Counted from the first letter of the stretch, positions 46,180-56,460 are shown. The stretch is 59,495 nt of DNA from an uncultured archaeon (GCA_964410585.1 CAYPFW010000005.1:1-59495); one strand, 5' to 3'. The notes: generated by a model from the sequence alone, not told the origin. A program made the numbers and translations.

Positions 46180-47379
46180 ATGCCACAAAGACCCCTCGTT
46201 ATAGCAGAGAATCTTAGGAACAAAGTTTCTGGGATGAACGTTTTAGAGCAGAACAAGAAAGACATAGTCAATTTTGACCAAGAAAATATAGCCAGAGGGT
46301 TGACAGCCAACGCAAGAATACATTATTTGAGAATACTGAGTAAACTGATCGAATACACAAACAAACCCCTTAAAGAGCTACAAAAAGAAGACCTTATTGC
46401 CTTTTTCAATAGCATTTCAATACAATACAGCCCGGAGAGCATGTATCTCTATAAGTCTTCTGTTAAGAAGTTTTGGAAATGGCTATATGGTGATGATGAG
46501 GTGACACCAACTGCTGTTAGGTGGGTTAAACGAGAGCGTCAAGACAAGCTAAACAAAATACCCAAGATATTGTCTCCAGAGGAGATTAGAAAAATGTTGG
46601 ATGTGATTGATAACCCTAGGGATAAGGCTCTAGTTCATGTTCTATACGAGTCTGCTTGTAGAGTTGGGGAACTCCTTAACATGAAGATTGGTGACATAAG
46701 GCATGAAGGTCGGATGATAAAGATAGTTGTAAGTGGCAAGACAGGCGAAAGACCAATAATTCTGATCAACTCGGTTCCAGATTTGACAACATGGTTGAAC
46801 AACCATCCATACAAAAACAACCCAGAATGTTCTTTATGGACTACCATACGAAATCCAAAGTCTTCTTTATCGTTAGAGACATCGGGAGCCGATACATTGC
46901 TAAAGAAATATGCTGTAAGAGCTGGAATTAAGAAAAGAATTTATTGCCATTTATTGAGGCATAGCAGGCTGACGTCCTTAGCAAAGCAATTTTCGGAATC
47001 TGAATTAAAAATAATTGCTGGATGGACAGGCGATTCAAAACAAGCAAGAACATATATACATTTGAATGGAGCCGATATAACAAGAAAGTTTAAGGAACTG
47101 AATGGTCTTGTTGACCCAAAAGAGGTTAAGAGCGATGAGGAAATTTTGAAGCCGAAGCAGTGCCCTCGCTGCCAAAACGAATCCTCCAATGTTTCCAAAT
47201 TCTGCAATTTTTGCGGGCTTGTGTTAGATTTGAAAACTGCAATGGAGATGGACAAAAAAACAGAAGAGAGCATACCTGTTGTCAAAGGAATGAAGATACT
47301 GCTTCAAAATCCAAAGATACAGAATATTGTAAAAGAAGAACAAGATTTACAAGAAATGTTAAAGCAATTACTTCAATAA
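46180..47379 (+). CDS. Tyrosine recombinase/integrase with a C-terminal zinc ribbon
   Basis: Catalytic set SACRVGE (R), GKTG (K), HLLRHS, AGW, TYIH (Y); CPRC..FCNFCG. Confidence 0.95.
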   Translation: MPQRPLVIAENLRNKVSGMNVLEQNKKDIVNFDQENIARGLTANARIHYLRILSKLIEYTNKPLKELQKEDLIAFFNSISIQYSPESMYLYKSSVKKFWKWLYGDDEVTPTAVRWVKRERQDKLNKIPKILSPEEIRKMLDVIDNPRDKALVHVLYESACRVGELLNMKIGDIRHEGRMIKIVVSGKTGERPIILINSVPDLTTWLNNHPYKNNPECSLWTTIRNPKSSLSLETSGADTLLKKYAVRAGIKKRIYCHLLRHSRLTSLAKQFSESELKIIAGWTGDSKQARTYIHLNGADITRKFKELNGLVDPKEVKSDEEILKPKQCPRCQNESSNVSKFCNFCGLVLDLKTAMEMDKKTEESIPVVKGMKILLQNPKIQNIVKEEQDLQEMLKQLLQ

Positions 47380-47582
47380 AATATCAACTTGTTTTTCAAT
47401 AAATTTTCTAATTCTTCCAATGTCCAACGAACAACGGAAACTCAGTTTGCTTCGCAAACAAAGTCTAACACTGGTTAAGCGGTTTCGCTGTCGCTATACC
47501 CAAAGATTTTTCTTGTTTTTTATTGGGGGCATCCTCAAAACAAAAAAGAAATCTTTTTATATGTACTTTTATCTATTTTATA

Positions 47583-48497
47583 ATGGCAGACAAAAATAAA
47601 AACAATTATCTTTGGATTGGAATTGCTGTCGTTGTTGTTATAGTTCTCTCCATTGTTTTTATTTCAAATTCAAATAACAATTCACAAAATGAAGTTACTT
47701 GTAATTCTCCATATATTAAAGTTGGAACTTCTTGCTGTTTAGACCAAAATTCTAATAATGTTTGTGATAATGATGAGCAACCAGCACAAAATCAACAGGT
47801 ACAACAAGAAACAAAACCTTCTGAAAGAAATTACCAAACTATTTCTTTAAGGTCATTTGATTATGATAAAAATAATAAAAAGATTACATCATTAACAATA
47901 AATCATCCAGATTATTATGAAGGTGAATGGAGATTAGTTGTAATTGGAAAAGATGCGAGTGGTCAAAAAGTTTTTGAAAAAGAAATAAATCCCGGTCCCT
48001 CCGGTTTTTCTTCAAATAACTATTGTCAAAGCGGATGTTCTTTCTTTTATGTAACTGATGAGATTCCTTATTTACAAAGTGGAACAATGATAGTAAAACT
48101 CATTTCCGAAAAGCTTAAAACAAAAGCTGTTGGAGAGTATTCATATTCAACTTTTGACTCTGACTTATCTTTTAATGTAGCTTATGATTCCTATGATAGT
48201 AATGAAGATGAATTTATCTACAAGATAACAAATACGGGGAAAAGAACAATAATGTTAACAAGTATTATAAGTGTTTTATTTACTGATGAATGCGGCAGTG
48301 AAGCTTGGGATAGTAAAGAATGGGTTGCTAGAAAATATATATACCCATATGGAAGCGAAGATGAAATGATAAATCCTGGAGAAACTTCAAAGGTTAGAGG
48401 GTTAGCATGGGGCTCGGTTTATGATATTAAGAATTTCTGCACCAAATTCCTTTATGATAATGAAAAGAAGGTAAAGGAATTTTCATTTACAGTTTAA
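47583..48497 (+). CDS. Membrane-anchored surface protein
   Basis: N-terminal TM helix followed by CNSPYIKVGTSCCLDQNSNNVCD module. Confidence 0.75.
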   Translation: MADKNKNNYLWIGIAVVVVIVLSIVFISNSNNNSQNEVTCNSPYIKVGTSCCLDQNSNNVCDNDEQPAQNQQVQQETKPSERNYQTISLRSFDYDKNNKKITSLTINHPDYYEGEWRLVVIGKDASGQKVFEKEINPGPSGFSSNNYCQSGCSFFYVTDEIPYLQSGTMIVKLISEKLKTKAVGEYSYSTFDSDLSFNVAYDSYDSNEDEFIYKITNTGKRTIMLTSIISVLFTDECGSEAWDSKEWVARKYIYPYGSEDEMINPGETSKVRGLAWGSVYDIKNFCTKFLYDNEKKVKEFSFTV

Positions 48498-48568
48498 TAC
48501 CGTTATTCCACCAGTCTATTCGAACCAATAGCATAGTGACTGGTGGTTATTTAATATTATTAACAAGT

Positions 48569-48583
48569 TATAACACTGTTATA
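48569..48583. promoter_or_regulatory. 15-bp palindrome TATAACACTGTTATA (copy 10, inside the element)
   Basis: Between convergent genes within the mobile element. Confidence 0.7.
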
Positions 48584-48634
48584 TATCTGAGTCAGAAGTT
48601 CTTTTTGTAGCTCTAAATAAATACAAAAATAAAA

Positions 48635-48805
48635 TTAAACCTTCCCCAATTCCTCTATTATAATCTTTTTGGTTTTCTTATCGGCAATAAGGCGTACAAA
48701 AGTTTTATCGTCCCAACCAAATGACTTGGCTTCTTTTGTGATAAAAACAACGTATCCAGGCCCCCATTTCACTATCTTCTTCCCCCTTTTAGTTAGCTGT
48801 TCCAT
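48635..48805 (-). CDS. Small AbrB/MazE-like DNA-binding protein (56 aa; not in the ORF track)
   Basis: MEQLTKRGKKIVKWGPGYVVFITKEAKSFGWDDKTFVRLIADKKTKKIIIEEL, a swapped-hairpin pattern. Confidence 0.65.
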   Translation of the reverse strand: MEQLTKRGKKIVKWGPGYVVFITKEAKSFGWDDKTFVRLIADKKTKKIIIEELGKV

Positions 48806-48887
48806 CTTCAAAGTTAAAGAAATCGTGTAATATAGAGACTACGTTAACTACGTGGAATTTATAAGACCTTCGAACAATATGAATAAT

Positions 48888-49427
48888 ATGAATAAACTTT
48901 TGATAATACCTCTGATTCTATCTATTGTCATTATTAGTGGTTGCACTTCTGAAGACCAATCACCAGCGACTTCCTATAAAATCGTACCAGAATCAAAAGA
49001 AGTTCTATTACAACAGCGAATAGAATTGTTTTCGACAGCCGCTACTGCTGATGTTTGGCCGCAGCCTAAAAATTGGGATGCAGATGCTGAAGATGATGGT
49101 ATTATAGTCTATCCAAGTCTAAAGGATATTAATGGTGAACCGATACAATTCGAACGTGTTACATTATCTGTTGATATAGAAGTATGGACAAAAAAAATGA
49201 ACATGGATTACAAAAAGGTAAAAGATAGACAAATATATAACGGAACTGGGATGATTAATAGTTGGTATGATGGTAATATGTTCATGAACGGTGGTATTAG
49301 GGTGCCTTTTGATGATATGAATATTCTTGAATCAGATGATTATGGGTACGTGTTTATTAGGATACATACTCCAGATGGAAAAACATACGAAGCAGAATCA
49401 GCATTACCATTTTCTCTTAAACCCTAG
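48888..49427 (+). CDS. Putative lipoprotein
   Basis: Lipobox IISGC after a hydrophobic signal. Confidence 0.75.
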   Translation: MNKLLIIPLILSIVIISGCTSEDQSPATSYKIVPESKEVLLQQRIELFSTAATADVWPQPKNWDADAEDDGIIVYPSLKDINGEPIQFERVTLSVDIEVWTKKMNMDYKKVKDRQIYNGTGMINSWYDGNMFMNGGIRVPFDDMNILESDDYGYVFIRIHTPDGKTYEAESALPFSLKP

Positions 49428-49493
49428 GTGTATATATCAATACAAAATCACGAAGAGGGAATTTTTAAAAATGAAAAAAGAATTGACGTAATT

Positions 49494-49772
49494 ATGAAAA
49501 AAACTAATAACGTTAAAAAAGAGAAATCAAAAAAGAAGTGGAAACCAAGCGAAAAAAACGCTTTAACAGCTACACTTGCAAGCACAGGATTGGTTATTCT
49601 CTTAGTCACACAATACAATCTTTATAGCCTCTTAACGAATATCTGGAGTATAATTGGAATATTTTTTTTCTGGCTTATGGGAATTGGTATCATATCTCTC
49701 ATATTAAATATAGGAAGCGGTGCATCAAAACTGGCTGATAAAGAAAAAAATATAGGCGAACATGAAAACTAA
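49494..49772 (+). CDS. Small membrane protein
   Basis: Basic N-terminus plus 2 TM segments. Confidence 0.55.
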   Translation: MKKTNNVKKEKSKKKWKPSEKNALTATLASTGLVILLVTQYNLYSLLTNIWSIIGIFFFWLMGIGIISLILNIGSGASKLADKEKNIGEHEN

Positions 49773-49928
49773 AAAGAAACAACACTGTCAGCTAGATGAT
49801 ACAGTAACTCATGTTTGGATAGGGACATTTTGTCTGGGTATTAACTTTAAAAAATATAATAGATTATGGAAAAAATTAAGAATCTAGTCCCTTATTTGTT
49901 TTTTAGGGAAATAAAAACGGGTGTGAAC

Positions 49929-51695
49929 ATGAAAAAGTATTTGATTTTAATTTTACTGGGTATTATTGTTCTATCTGGTTGCACACAAAATAGTGAACAA
50001 CTTAGACCTTCAAATGCAAAGACAATGTTCTTTAATGCTCAAATAACCGATAATAACCTAAATTTTGGTGTTGTGTTTAAAGATTCAAATAATAATCATG
50101 TACCTTCTGATGCAATAGTTGATCTCAAGGTAACCAATGATGACAATGAAACACTGTTCCAACAAAAAATCATAATAAAAATGGAAGGATTTAAAACATC
50201 AAGCTATCTATCCAATCCTCTAATGTCTGATTCTATTCCACTATTGGACACTATAACAAAGGCTCTTGAAAAGGGTGGGTCTATAAATGATTTTCGAGAA
50301 GCGTATAAGATAATTTCGCATGAAAACACAATTCCCATTTCTTTGATTAAAAAATCAAAGATAGCAAATGGAAAGGTATCGGTGAAAACAACATTAAACG
50401 GTGGATCTTTTGATTGGTATGATGTAAAGGTAAAAAACTTACCGCCTTTAGAAAAGTTTTATTCCAATGAAAACACAAGTCAAATTCTAGAGCTATGTAA
50501 ATGTAAAGATTGTTGGGAAGAAGTTTATCCTGTTGAGTGTTTAAATTCTAAGGCAATACATCCACAAAACTGTATAGATTTTGTAGGAGTACTCATTGAG
50601 GGGGGTGATCATTATTATACAGGATCGCAAAAAGAAGAATGTTTTAACGGACTTATATCAAGACAGAATACCACAAAATTATGTGCATCGTTTCCAAAAG
50701 AATTTCAATATTCGTGTTTTGCAAGTGTATCTAAAAAGAACTTAGATCCAGAACAATGTAAAGATTTACCATATTCCTACAAATCTGACTGCTATCTACA
50801 TATAGCGAGAAACAAACCAAACTTTGAACTAAATTTATGTGATGAATTGAACTTAGAAAATAGAATCACATGCTATGCCTATAAAGCTTCTAATAAACAT
50901 GACTCTGATATATGCTTAGGGTTAGATGACAAATCAAAAAAGCTTAATTGTTACAGTCAATTAGATGAACATCAAGGCGATTTTTGTAGCATACTTAATC
51001 CATGCTATGAGTATAACTTCAGAAATTATACACTAGACAAGAATTTACTTGATGAAGAATATTGCTATTACGAGAATGTAACTGGAGGAAAAAATGCTTC
51101 ATGTTTGGCCTCTTTGGCTATATATGGGGGAAGCCTGGGAGAATGTAATAAGATAGTACCAGGGACAGTAGATCGTGAAGGGTATACATGGCAAGATTAC
51201 AAATCTGATTGCTACTTTCTAACAGCTTTGAGAAATAATATAACATTTAAGGATTGTGACACACTGGGAATTGATTGGGGTACATGTTATAATGGGGTAA
51301 TATTAAGAAGCCATGACACATCGCTTTGTAATAATCATACTTCTCCTGAAATGTGCTATTATGTTATGGTTGCCGATGCATGGGGAATTTATGGAGAATT
51401 TGGAGATATTTCTTTGTGTTTGAAAACTGGAGACAGGAACCTGATGGAAACTTGTTTTGGTAAAATATACAACCCACTTAACAAAACTATTGAAGATTGC
51501 TATACAATGCTACAAATAGCTGGAGGAATTAATTCAAATTTAGAACCTGGAAGTAGTTCAGATTTAGGGAAAAATGCGAGGAAATGTTTTAACGAAGTTG
51601 CTATTAACACTCTAAACGTAACTCTATGCAACGACACATTTCCAGAATGGCAAAATGACTGTATAAAAAAGATAAGTCATGTAGTGAATAATTAA
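49929..51695 (+). CDS. Cys-rich repeat lipoprotein
   Basis: Lipobox VLSGC; many C-x(8-10)-C[YF]-x3-A helical repeats. Confidence 0.8.
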   Translation: MKKYLILILLGIIVLSGCTQNSEQLRPSNAKTMFFNAQITDNNLNFGVVFKDSNNNHVPSDAIVDLKVTNDDNETLFQQKIIIKMEGFKTSSYLSNPLMSDSIPLLDTITKALEKGGSINDFREAYKIISHENTIPISLIKKSKIANGKVSVKTTLNGGSFDWYDVKVKNLPPLEKFYSNENTSQILELCKCKDCWEEVYPVECLNSKAIHPQNCIDFVGVLIEGGDHYYTGSQKEECFNGLISRQNTTKLCASFPKEFQYSCFASVSKKNLDPEQCKDLPYSYKSDCYLHIARNKPNFELNLCDELNLENRITCYAYKASNKHDSDICLGLDDKSKKLNCYSQLDEHQGDFCSILNPCYEYNFRNYTLDKNLLDEEYCYYENVTGGKNASCLASLAIYGGSLGECNKIVPGTVDREGYTWQDYKSDCYFLTALRNNITFKDCDTLGIDWGTCYNGVILRSHDTSLCNNHTSPEMCYYVMVADAWGIYGEFGDISLCLKTGDRNLMETCFGKIYNPLNKTIEDCYTMLQIAGGINSNLEPGSSSDLGKNARKCFNEVAINTLNVTLCNDTFPEWQNDCIKKISHVVNN

Positions 51696-52202
51696 CATAT
51701 ATGTTTTGAAAGAGCCACCAAACACTTTCTCTAAAAAAATGAATGCTAAAAACTAATTTTACTTAACTAATAGGTTATATAAGTAAGCGGTTTTTGATCA
51801 AAAGTATATCACATCTAATTCTCTGTGACTATGGTTTTAGTGACATAAATCCTTATCTTCTTAGTACACTTTTAGCTAAAGTTGGCTATATTTGTTCAGG
51901 CGTGGACATATCATAGTTAAACTAACTATGATACATAGTGAGTAAATAGGGTAATTATGGAATATGTGTATTGAGATGTCAGTGACTCCTAATCTAACCT
52001 ATATAATTATCATAAATTAAAAAGTACCTTCTTTCTACTCAAAAATAGAGGTGAGTATGTACCTTATCTCAGAGCTGCTAACTAGAAAACACGGATATTT
52101 CAACTGCGTTTATTTTGCAAGTGGAAAGAAGGAGACGAGGGTTTATACTTTTTCCAGAGTCCGTGAAGAAAGATTAGGTATTTAGTTTATCTCAAACAGA
52201 TT

Positions 52203-53033
52203 TTAGGTATTCCCCCTTTCCTCCTGAAATACATCATCAATTGTCTTTAAATCACTGAAGAAAACTTTCGTATCAATAGGTGTTATAAGTCCTGCTAATT
52301 TTTCATAAAATTGTTTAGTTGGTGTAAGATCTACAAAGGAGCTTTCACTCTCATCTATTAGGTGTGTATATGATAGGATAAAAACCAAAGTAGTTATTTT
52401 TGATATAATTTTTCCACGTTTAGAAAATACATAGTCTATAAGTTTATAGACTTTTTGTTTGTCTAAATATGTTTCATCTTGATGATCAAAAACTGGATTA
52501 TATTTTTTGTCGAGATATGTGAACTCAGAAAATGCAGTATTTGGGTGTTCTTTTTGAAAATAAATAAGTGTGATCAAAATAGCCTTTATTCCGTCTAAGA
52601 GATTGTTGCTATCTACCACCAGATTTCTGATTTCTTCAAAATCAAAAATAAAATTTAAGAATTTCTTCTCTAGCTTTGTAAATTCCACTTTATTGAACTT
52701 GGAATACTCGTAGAAAGGGTTTAGAGTAGTTATATATGATTTATTCTTCTTCTCTAAAAATTTCAAATTTTCTAATTTTTTCCTAATTGTTGTAGTCTGG
52801 GAACTTCTATTTCTAATAATTTTTCCACATACTCCTCCCCTTCTCTCAGAATTCTTACTACATTGTTTAACATATGTTTTATATTTTGCATGGCAATTTC
52901 CACACTTAAAACCATCTAGTGCTTCTTCTATTTCTTTCATTTTCCTCCATTTAGGGAAGCAGAAGATAGCTATATCTTTGGCTTTTCCTGTTTCAATTAT
53001 TCTCCAGTTATCGGGATATTTAGTTTTAGTCAT
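52203..53033 (-). CDS. Hypothetical protein (Zn ribbon; possible regulator)
   Basis: CGNC...C...C cluster; divergent from the RHH gene. Confidence 0.6.
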   Translation of the reverse strand: MTKTKYPDNWRIIETGKAKDIAIFCFPKWRKMKEIEEALDGFKCGNCHAKYKTYVKQCSKNSERRGGVCGKIIRNRSSQTTTIRKKLENLKFLEKKNKSYITTLNPFYEYSKFNKVEFTKLEKKFLNFIFDFEEIRNLVVDSNNLLDGIKAILITLIYFQKEHPNTAFSEFTYLDKKYNPVFDHQDETYLDKQKVYKLIDYVFSKRGKIISKITTLVFILSYTHLIDESESSFVDLTPTKQFYEKLAGLITPIDTKVFFSDLKTIDDVFQEERGNT

Positions 53034-53063
53034 AATGTTCGATTTTTGATTTTAAGAGTATAT

Positions 53064-53083
53064 ATGTTCGATTAATCGAACAT
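53064..53083. promoter_or_regulatory. Perfect 20-bp palindromic operator ATGTTCGATTAATCGAACAT
   Basis: Between divergent genes; an extra half-site ATGTTCGATT lies at 53035-53044. Confidence 0.7.
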
Positions 53084-53117
53084 TAGATTAAAGTATATTT
53101 AAACTTAACGGAGCCAT

Positions 53118-53321
53118 ATGAGGAAAAAAATTTCAGAAAAGACCGTGCAGGTGACTGTTTGCTTGCCTGAAAACATAGCAAATTTAGTTGAAAAATATTG
53201 TAAAATCACAAATGTTTCATTTAGTGGATTTTGTAGGGAATCCACAATTAGAAGATTAGAGAGCTTATCAATTATCTCGGAAGCCATGAATAGGCACATA
53301 GATACTGTAAGTGAGGAATAA
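53118..53321 (+). CDS. Ribbon-helix-helix DNA-binding protein
   Basis: VQVTVCLP...L.KYC....SFS.F.RE pattern. Confidence 0.72.
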   Translation: MRKKISEKTVQVTVCLPENIANLVEKYCKITNVSFSGFCRESTIRRLESLSIISEAMNRHIDTVSEE

Positions 53322-53442
53322 AGTATGGAGAAAGAATCGATCAACGGAAATCCATTTGGCCTAAACATTGCACTGTGGGAAAAAATATTAAATAAATTTT
53401 TATCTGAAAAAATCGGAGATTTAGAAAAAAAAGAAAAATGAT

Positions 53443-53513
53443 GCCACGGTAACGTATTGCGCACGTGCCTTCGTTAGTAGGAAGAAAATTGGGTTGGACT
53501 CCCAGCCGTGGCT
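53443..53513 (+). ncRNA. tRNA-like cloverleaf RNA (anticodon position UAG; non-canonical)
   Basis: 7-bp acceptor GCCACGG/CCGTGGC, U8-A9, D-stem ACGT/ACGT, anticodon arm CCTTC-GTTAGTA-GGAAG, T-arm TTGGG-TTGGACT-CCCAG. Confidence 0.65.
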
Positions 53514-53523
53514 TCGGAATAAT

Positions 53524-53799
53524 ATGAATTCAATGAATAATTTAAAATCTGGATATAAAAACCCTGCTTCAATAGAAGAGACAACAGTTTACTCCTTTTT
53601 AGCTCCAAAAATTATTGAAATTTTTAGGGAAAGATGTAGCAGAATTCATAAAAACGATTTAGCAAACTTATTTTTTCAACGAGTGAGATTCAATAAACAA
53701 ATTTTTGATTCTGTACTGTCGGTTTTAATTGAACAAAATATCATAGAGCGTGACAATCGCTCATCTTATTTAATTTTATCAAAGGAGGCGGTTGAATGA
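53524..53799 (+). CDS. Small wHTH-like hypothetical protein
   Basis: About 91 aa ending L..LIE...IER...YLI, upstream of the primase. Confidence 0.55.
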   Translation: MNSMNNLKSGYKNPASIEETTVYSFLAPKIIEIFRERCSRIHKNDLANLFFQRVRFNKQIFDSVLSVLIEQNIIERDNRSSYLILSKEAVE

Positions 53800-53904
53800 T
53801 TGAAAAATTTTTTTGTTTGAATTGCGAACTTGAAGTTCGAGTAGTTTGCATCAACTGTACCAACTTGCATCGTTGTTGTGTAGTGGAAGAGGTGAGGAGA
53901 ACTT

Positions 53905-56337
53905 ATGACTGAAACAACAGAAATACCTGAGAGATTATGGAATTTTAATTTTGTATTAATAGATGAAAATAATGGTGAAGGAAAAAAACCGCTTGAAACT
54001 GTGTGGCAGAAAAAGGAGCATCGATTAGAAGATCCCGTCTTACAAGAACACCTCAAGAAGGGGCACAATTATGGTATTCGATGCGGTCGTACATCACCTA
54101 TTGTTATTGATGGGAAAAGTTACTTTTTAATTGTGGTCGATTTTGATAAAAAAGAATTTCAAGATAAAATCATGCCATTACTGCCTGAAACATTTACAAC
54201 AACAAGTGGCAGTCCCAAGAATTGTGTTCATTTGTGGTTTGCTTCCGATGGTGACAAATCTTTCAAAATTTTGGATGAAAATAAAGAAACACTGTGTGAT
54301 TTATTAGCAGAAGGTAAACAAGTGATTGCACCAGGAAGCAAACATAAATCGGGCAGCACCTATAAGGTTATTAAGGATTTACCACTTGCTTTTGTGTCTT
54401 ACACTGAATTAGAGGCGTTGCTTAAACCCCACGATAAAACACCAAAAAAACCAGTCAAGCAAAGCTTGTTGCCAAAAATAAAAAGTCTTAATTTGGGTGT
54501 AGCAGAGGATATTGTTGCTTCTGTTTCTATGGAAGAAATTTTACAGGAGTTTGGTATTGACACACAAAAAAACCCAACAAATTGCCCATTACACTCTAGC
54601 AAAAATGGGAAATGCCTTTCATGGACAGATGAGTTTGCACATTGTTTCCATTGCCAATCCGATAATGTGGGTTGGAACAAATTTTCATTTGTTAAGGAAG
54701 TTAAAAATCTAACAAGTAAAGAAACATTTGAATGGTTTGCATCAAAAACAGGAAGGCTGCCAGAATTACAAAAAGCACGAAAAGAATACAATGAAAAAGC
54801 AGAAGAGGAAGCGATTAAAGAAATTGAAGAACCAAAAGTTGATACATCACAATTCAATTCCTTAACAACATCAGAACTTTCAAAGATTTTGGGTTTAACA
54901 ATTAAGAAAGATGAAGCGAATAAAATAATAACTTTTTTAAGCATGCTGTCTGCATACACTGAGGATTCGCAGATCAATATAAGCAATAATGCACCGTCAT
55001 CGACAGGAAAATCTTATATTCCTTTAGAAATTTCAGATCTTTTTCCAGAGAAAGATGTTAAAATTGTGGGCTACTGTTCACCTACAGCTTTCTTTCATGA
55101 TGTTGGAACTTGGGATGATAAAAAGAAAAGATATGTAGTTAATCTTGAAAGAAAGATTTTGATATTCCTTGATCAACCCCATACACTATTATTACAACAC
55201 TTAAGACCCCTACTTTCTCATGACAAAAAAGAAATAACGATAAAGATAACAGACAAGGGGCAAAAAAAGGGGTTGAAAACAAAAAATATTATTATAAGAG
55301 GGTTCCCTTCTGTCGTTTTTTGTACAGCTGGTTTGAAGATAGATGAACAAGAAGCAACAAGGTTTATTTTGCTAAGTCCAGAAACTAATCAGGAAAAGAT
55401 AAGAGAAGCAATTCGTGAAAAAATAAAAAAGGATTCCGATAAATCCGTTTATTATGATTTTTTAAATAGCGACCCTGGAAGAGTTAATTTGAAAGAAAGA
55501 ATAAGAGCAATAAAACAAGCGGAGATAAAGAACATTATATTTACACAGTCGGTAGCAAATAAACTTGAAACTAATTTTTTTGACAGGATTAAGACATTGA
55601 AACCAAGGCACCAAAGAGATATAGGAAGAATCATTGCTTTTGCTAAGACCCTAACAATGCTTAATGTCTGGTTTAGAAAAGTGGAAAACGGGAATCTCGA
55701 GGTAAATGAATCTGATGTAACAGAAGCGTTCACTATATGGGATAGCATATCAGAAAGTCAGGAACTTAATCTGCCCCCTTATGTTTTCAATATCTACAAA
55801 GAAGTCATTGTGCCATGTTATAGTGAGTTGGGTGGTGGGTTAAGCAGAAAAGATATTCTAAAAAAACATTTTGAGGTCTATGGTAGACCTTTGCAAGATT
55901 GGATGTTGAGGCAGCAAATTATTCCCATGCTCGAAAACACAGGATTGATCTCCCAGGAAACAGACCCGAACGATAAAAGAAAGATCTTGACATACCCTAC
56001 CATCTCACTCACTATATCTCAAAACAATAGTGAGCCAGACGGTGGGGTAGGGAAAAATATCCCTGAAAACCAAACAAACCTGACTACCAAAATCAGCAAG
56101 ACAATAGTAAGTCCCAGAGATAACAATCCCCTAAATCCACCAGCCCCCATTCTACTCATAAAGGTTGAAGCTCTTATAGAGTCTTTTGGTAGCGATGAAA
56201 TACCTATAGATGAAATTTACAAACTCGCAGACAAAAAGCTCCTAATTTCTAAAAATGTGGTTAGTTACGCAATAGAAGATTTACTTAAGGCGGGCTTCTA
56301 TTTTGAGTCGTCACCTGGTATTTTGAAGAAGTTATGA
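53905..56337 (+). CDS. Primase-polymerase (Prim-Pol) / Zn-finger / P-loop helicase replication protein
   Basis: KKP..W, NYGI, VVDFD, SG..H.WF, VIAPGS.H; CPLH..C..HCFHC; Walker A SSTGKS; IFLD. Confidence 0.88.
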   Translation: MTETTEIPERLWNFNFVLIDENNGEGKKPLETVWQKKEHRLEDPVLQEHLKKGHNYGIRCGRTSPIVIDGKSYFLIVVDFDKKEFQDKIMPLLPETFTTTSGSPKNCVHLWFASDGDKSFKILDENKETLCDLLAEGKQVIAPGSKHKSGSTYKVIKDLPLAFVSYTELEALLKPHDKTPKKPVKQSLLPKIKSLNLGVAEDIVASVSMEEILQEFGIDTQKNPTNCPLHSSKNGKCLSWTDEFAHCFHCQSDNVGWNKFSFVKEVKNLTSKETFEWFASKTGRLPELQKARKEYNEKAEEEAIKEIEEPKVDTSQFNSLTTSELSKILGLTIKKDEANKIITFLSMLSAYTEDSQINISNNAPSSTGKSYIPLEISDLFPEKDVKIVGYCSPTAFFHDVGTWDDKKKRYVVNLERKILIFLDQPHTLLLQHLRPLLSHDKKEITIKITDKGQKKGLKTKNIIIRGFPSVVFCTAGLKIDEQEATRFILLSPETNQEKIREAIREKIKKDSDKSVYYDFLNSDPGRVNLKERIRAIKQAEIKNIIFTQSVANKLETNFFDRIKTLKPRHQRDIGRIIAFAKTLTMLNVWFRKVENGNLEVNESDVTEAFTIWDSISESQELNLPPYVFNIYKEVIVPCYSELGGGLSRKDILKKHFEVYGRPLQDWMLRQQIIPMLENTGLISQETDPNDKRKILTYPTISLTISQNNSEPDGGVGKNIPENQTNLTTKISKTIVSPRDNNPLNPPAPILLIKVEALIESFGSDEIPIDEIYKLADKKLLISKNVVSYAIEDLLKAGFYFESSPGILKKL

Positions 56338-56460
56338 AAAAAATCAAGATAATTAAAATACAAAACAAAGACTTGGAGTTACTACAACAGCTGTCGGAAT
56401 GTAGGGACATATTGAGAAAATTGTTAGGTTGTGATACTACTGAAAGTAAAGGGATGTCAA

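Noticed and set aside
53443-53513. Canonical tRNA-Leu(UAG) or att-site tRNA
   Set aside because: It lacks G18-G19 and TTC, has an anticodon-stem mismatch and no long variable arm, and lies mid-element; reported as tRNA-like instead.
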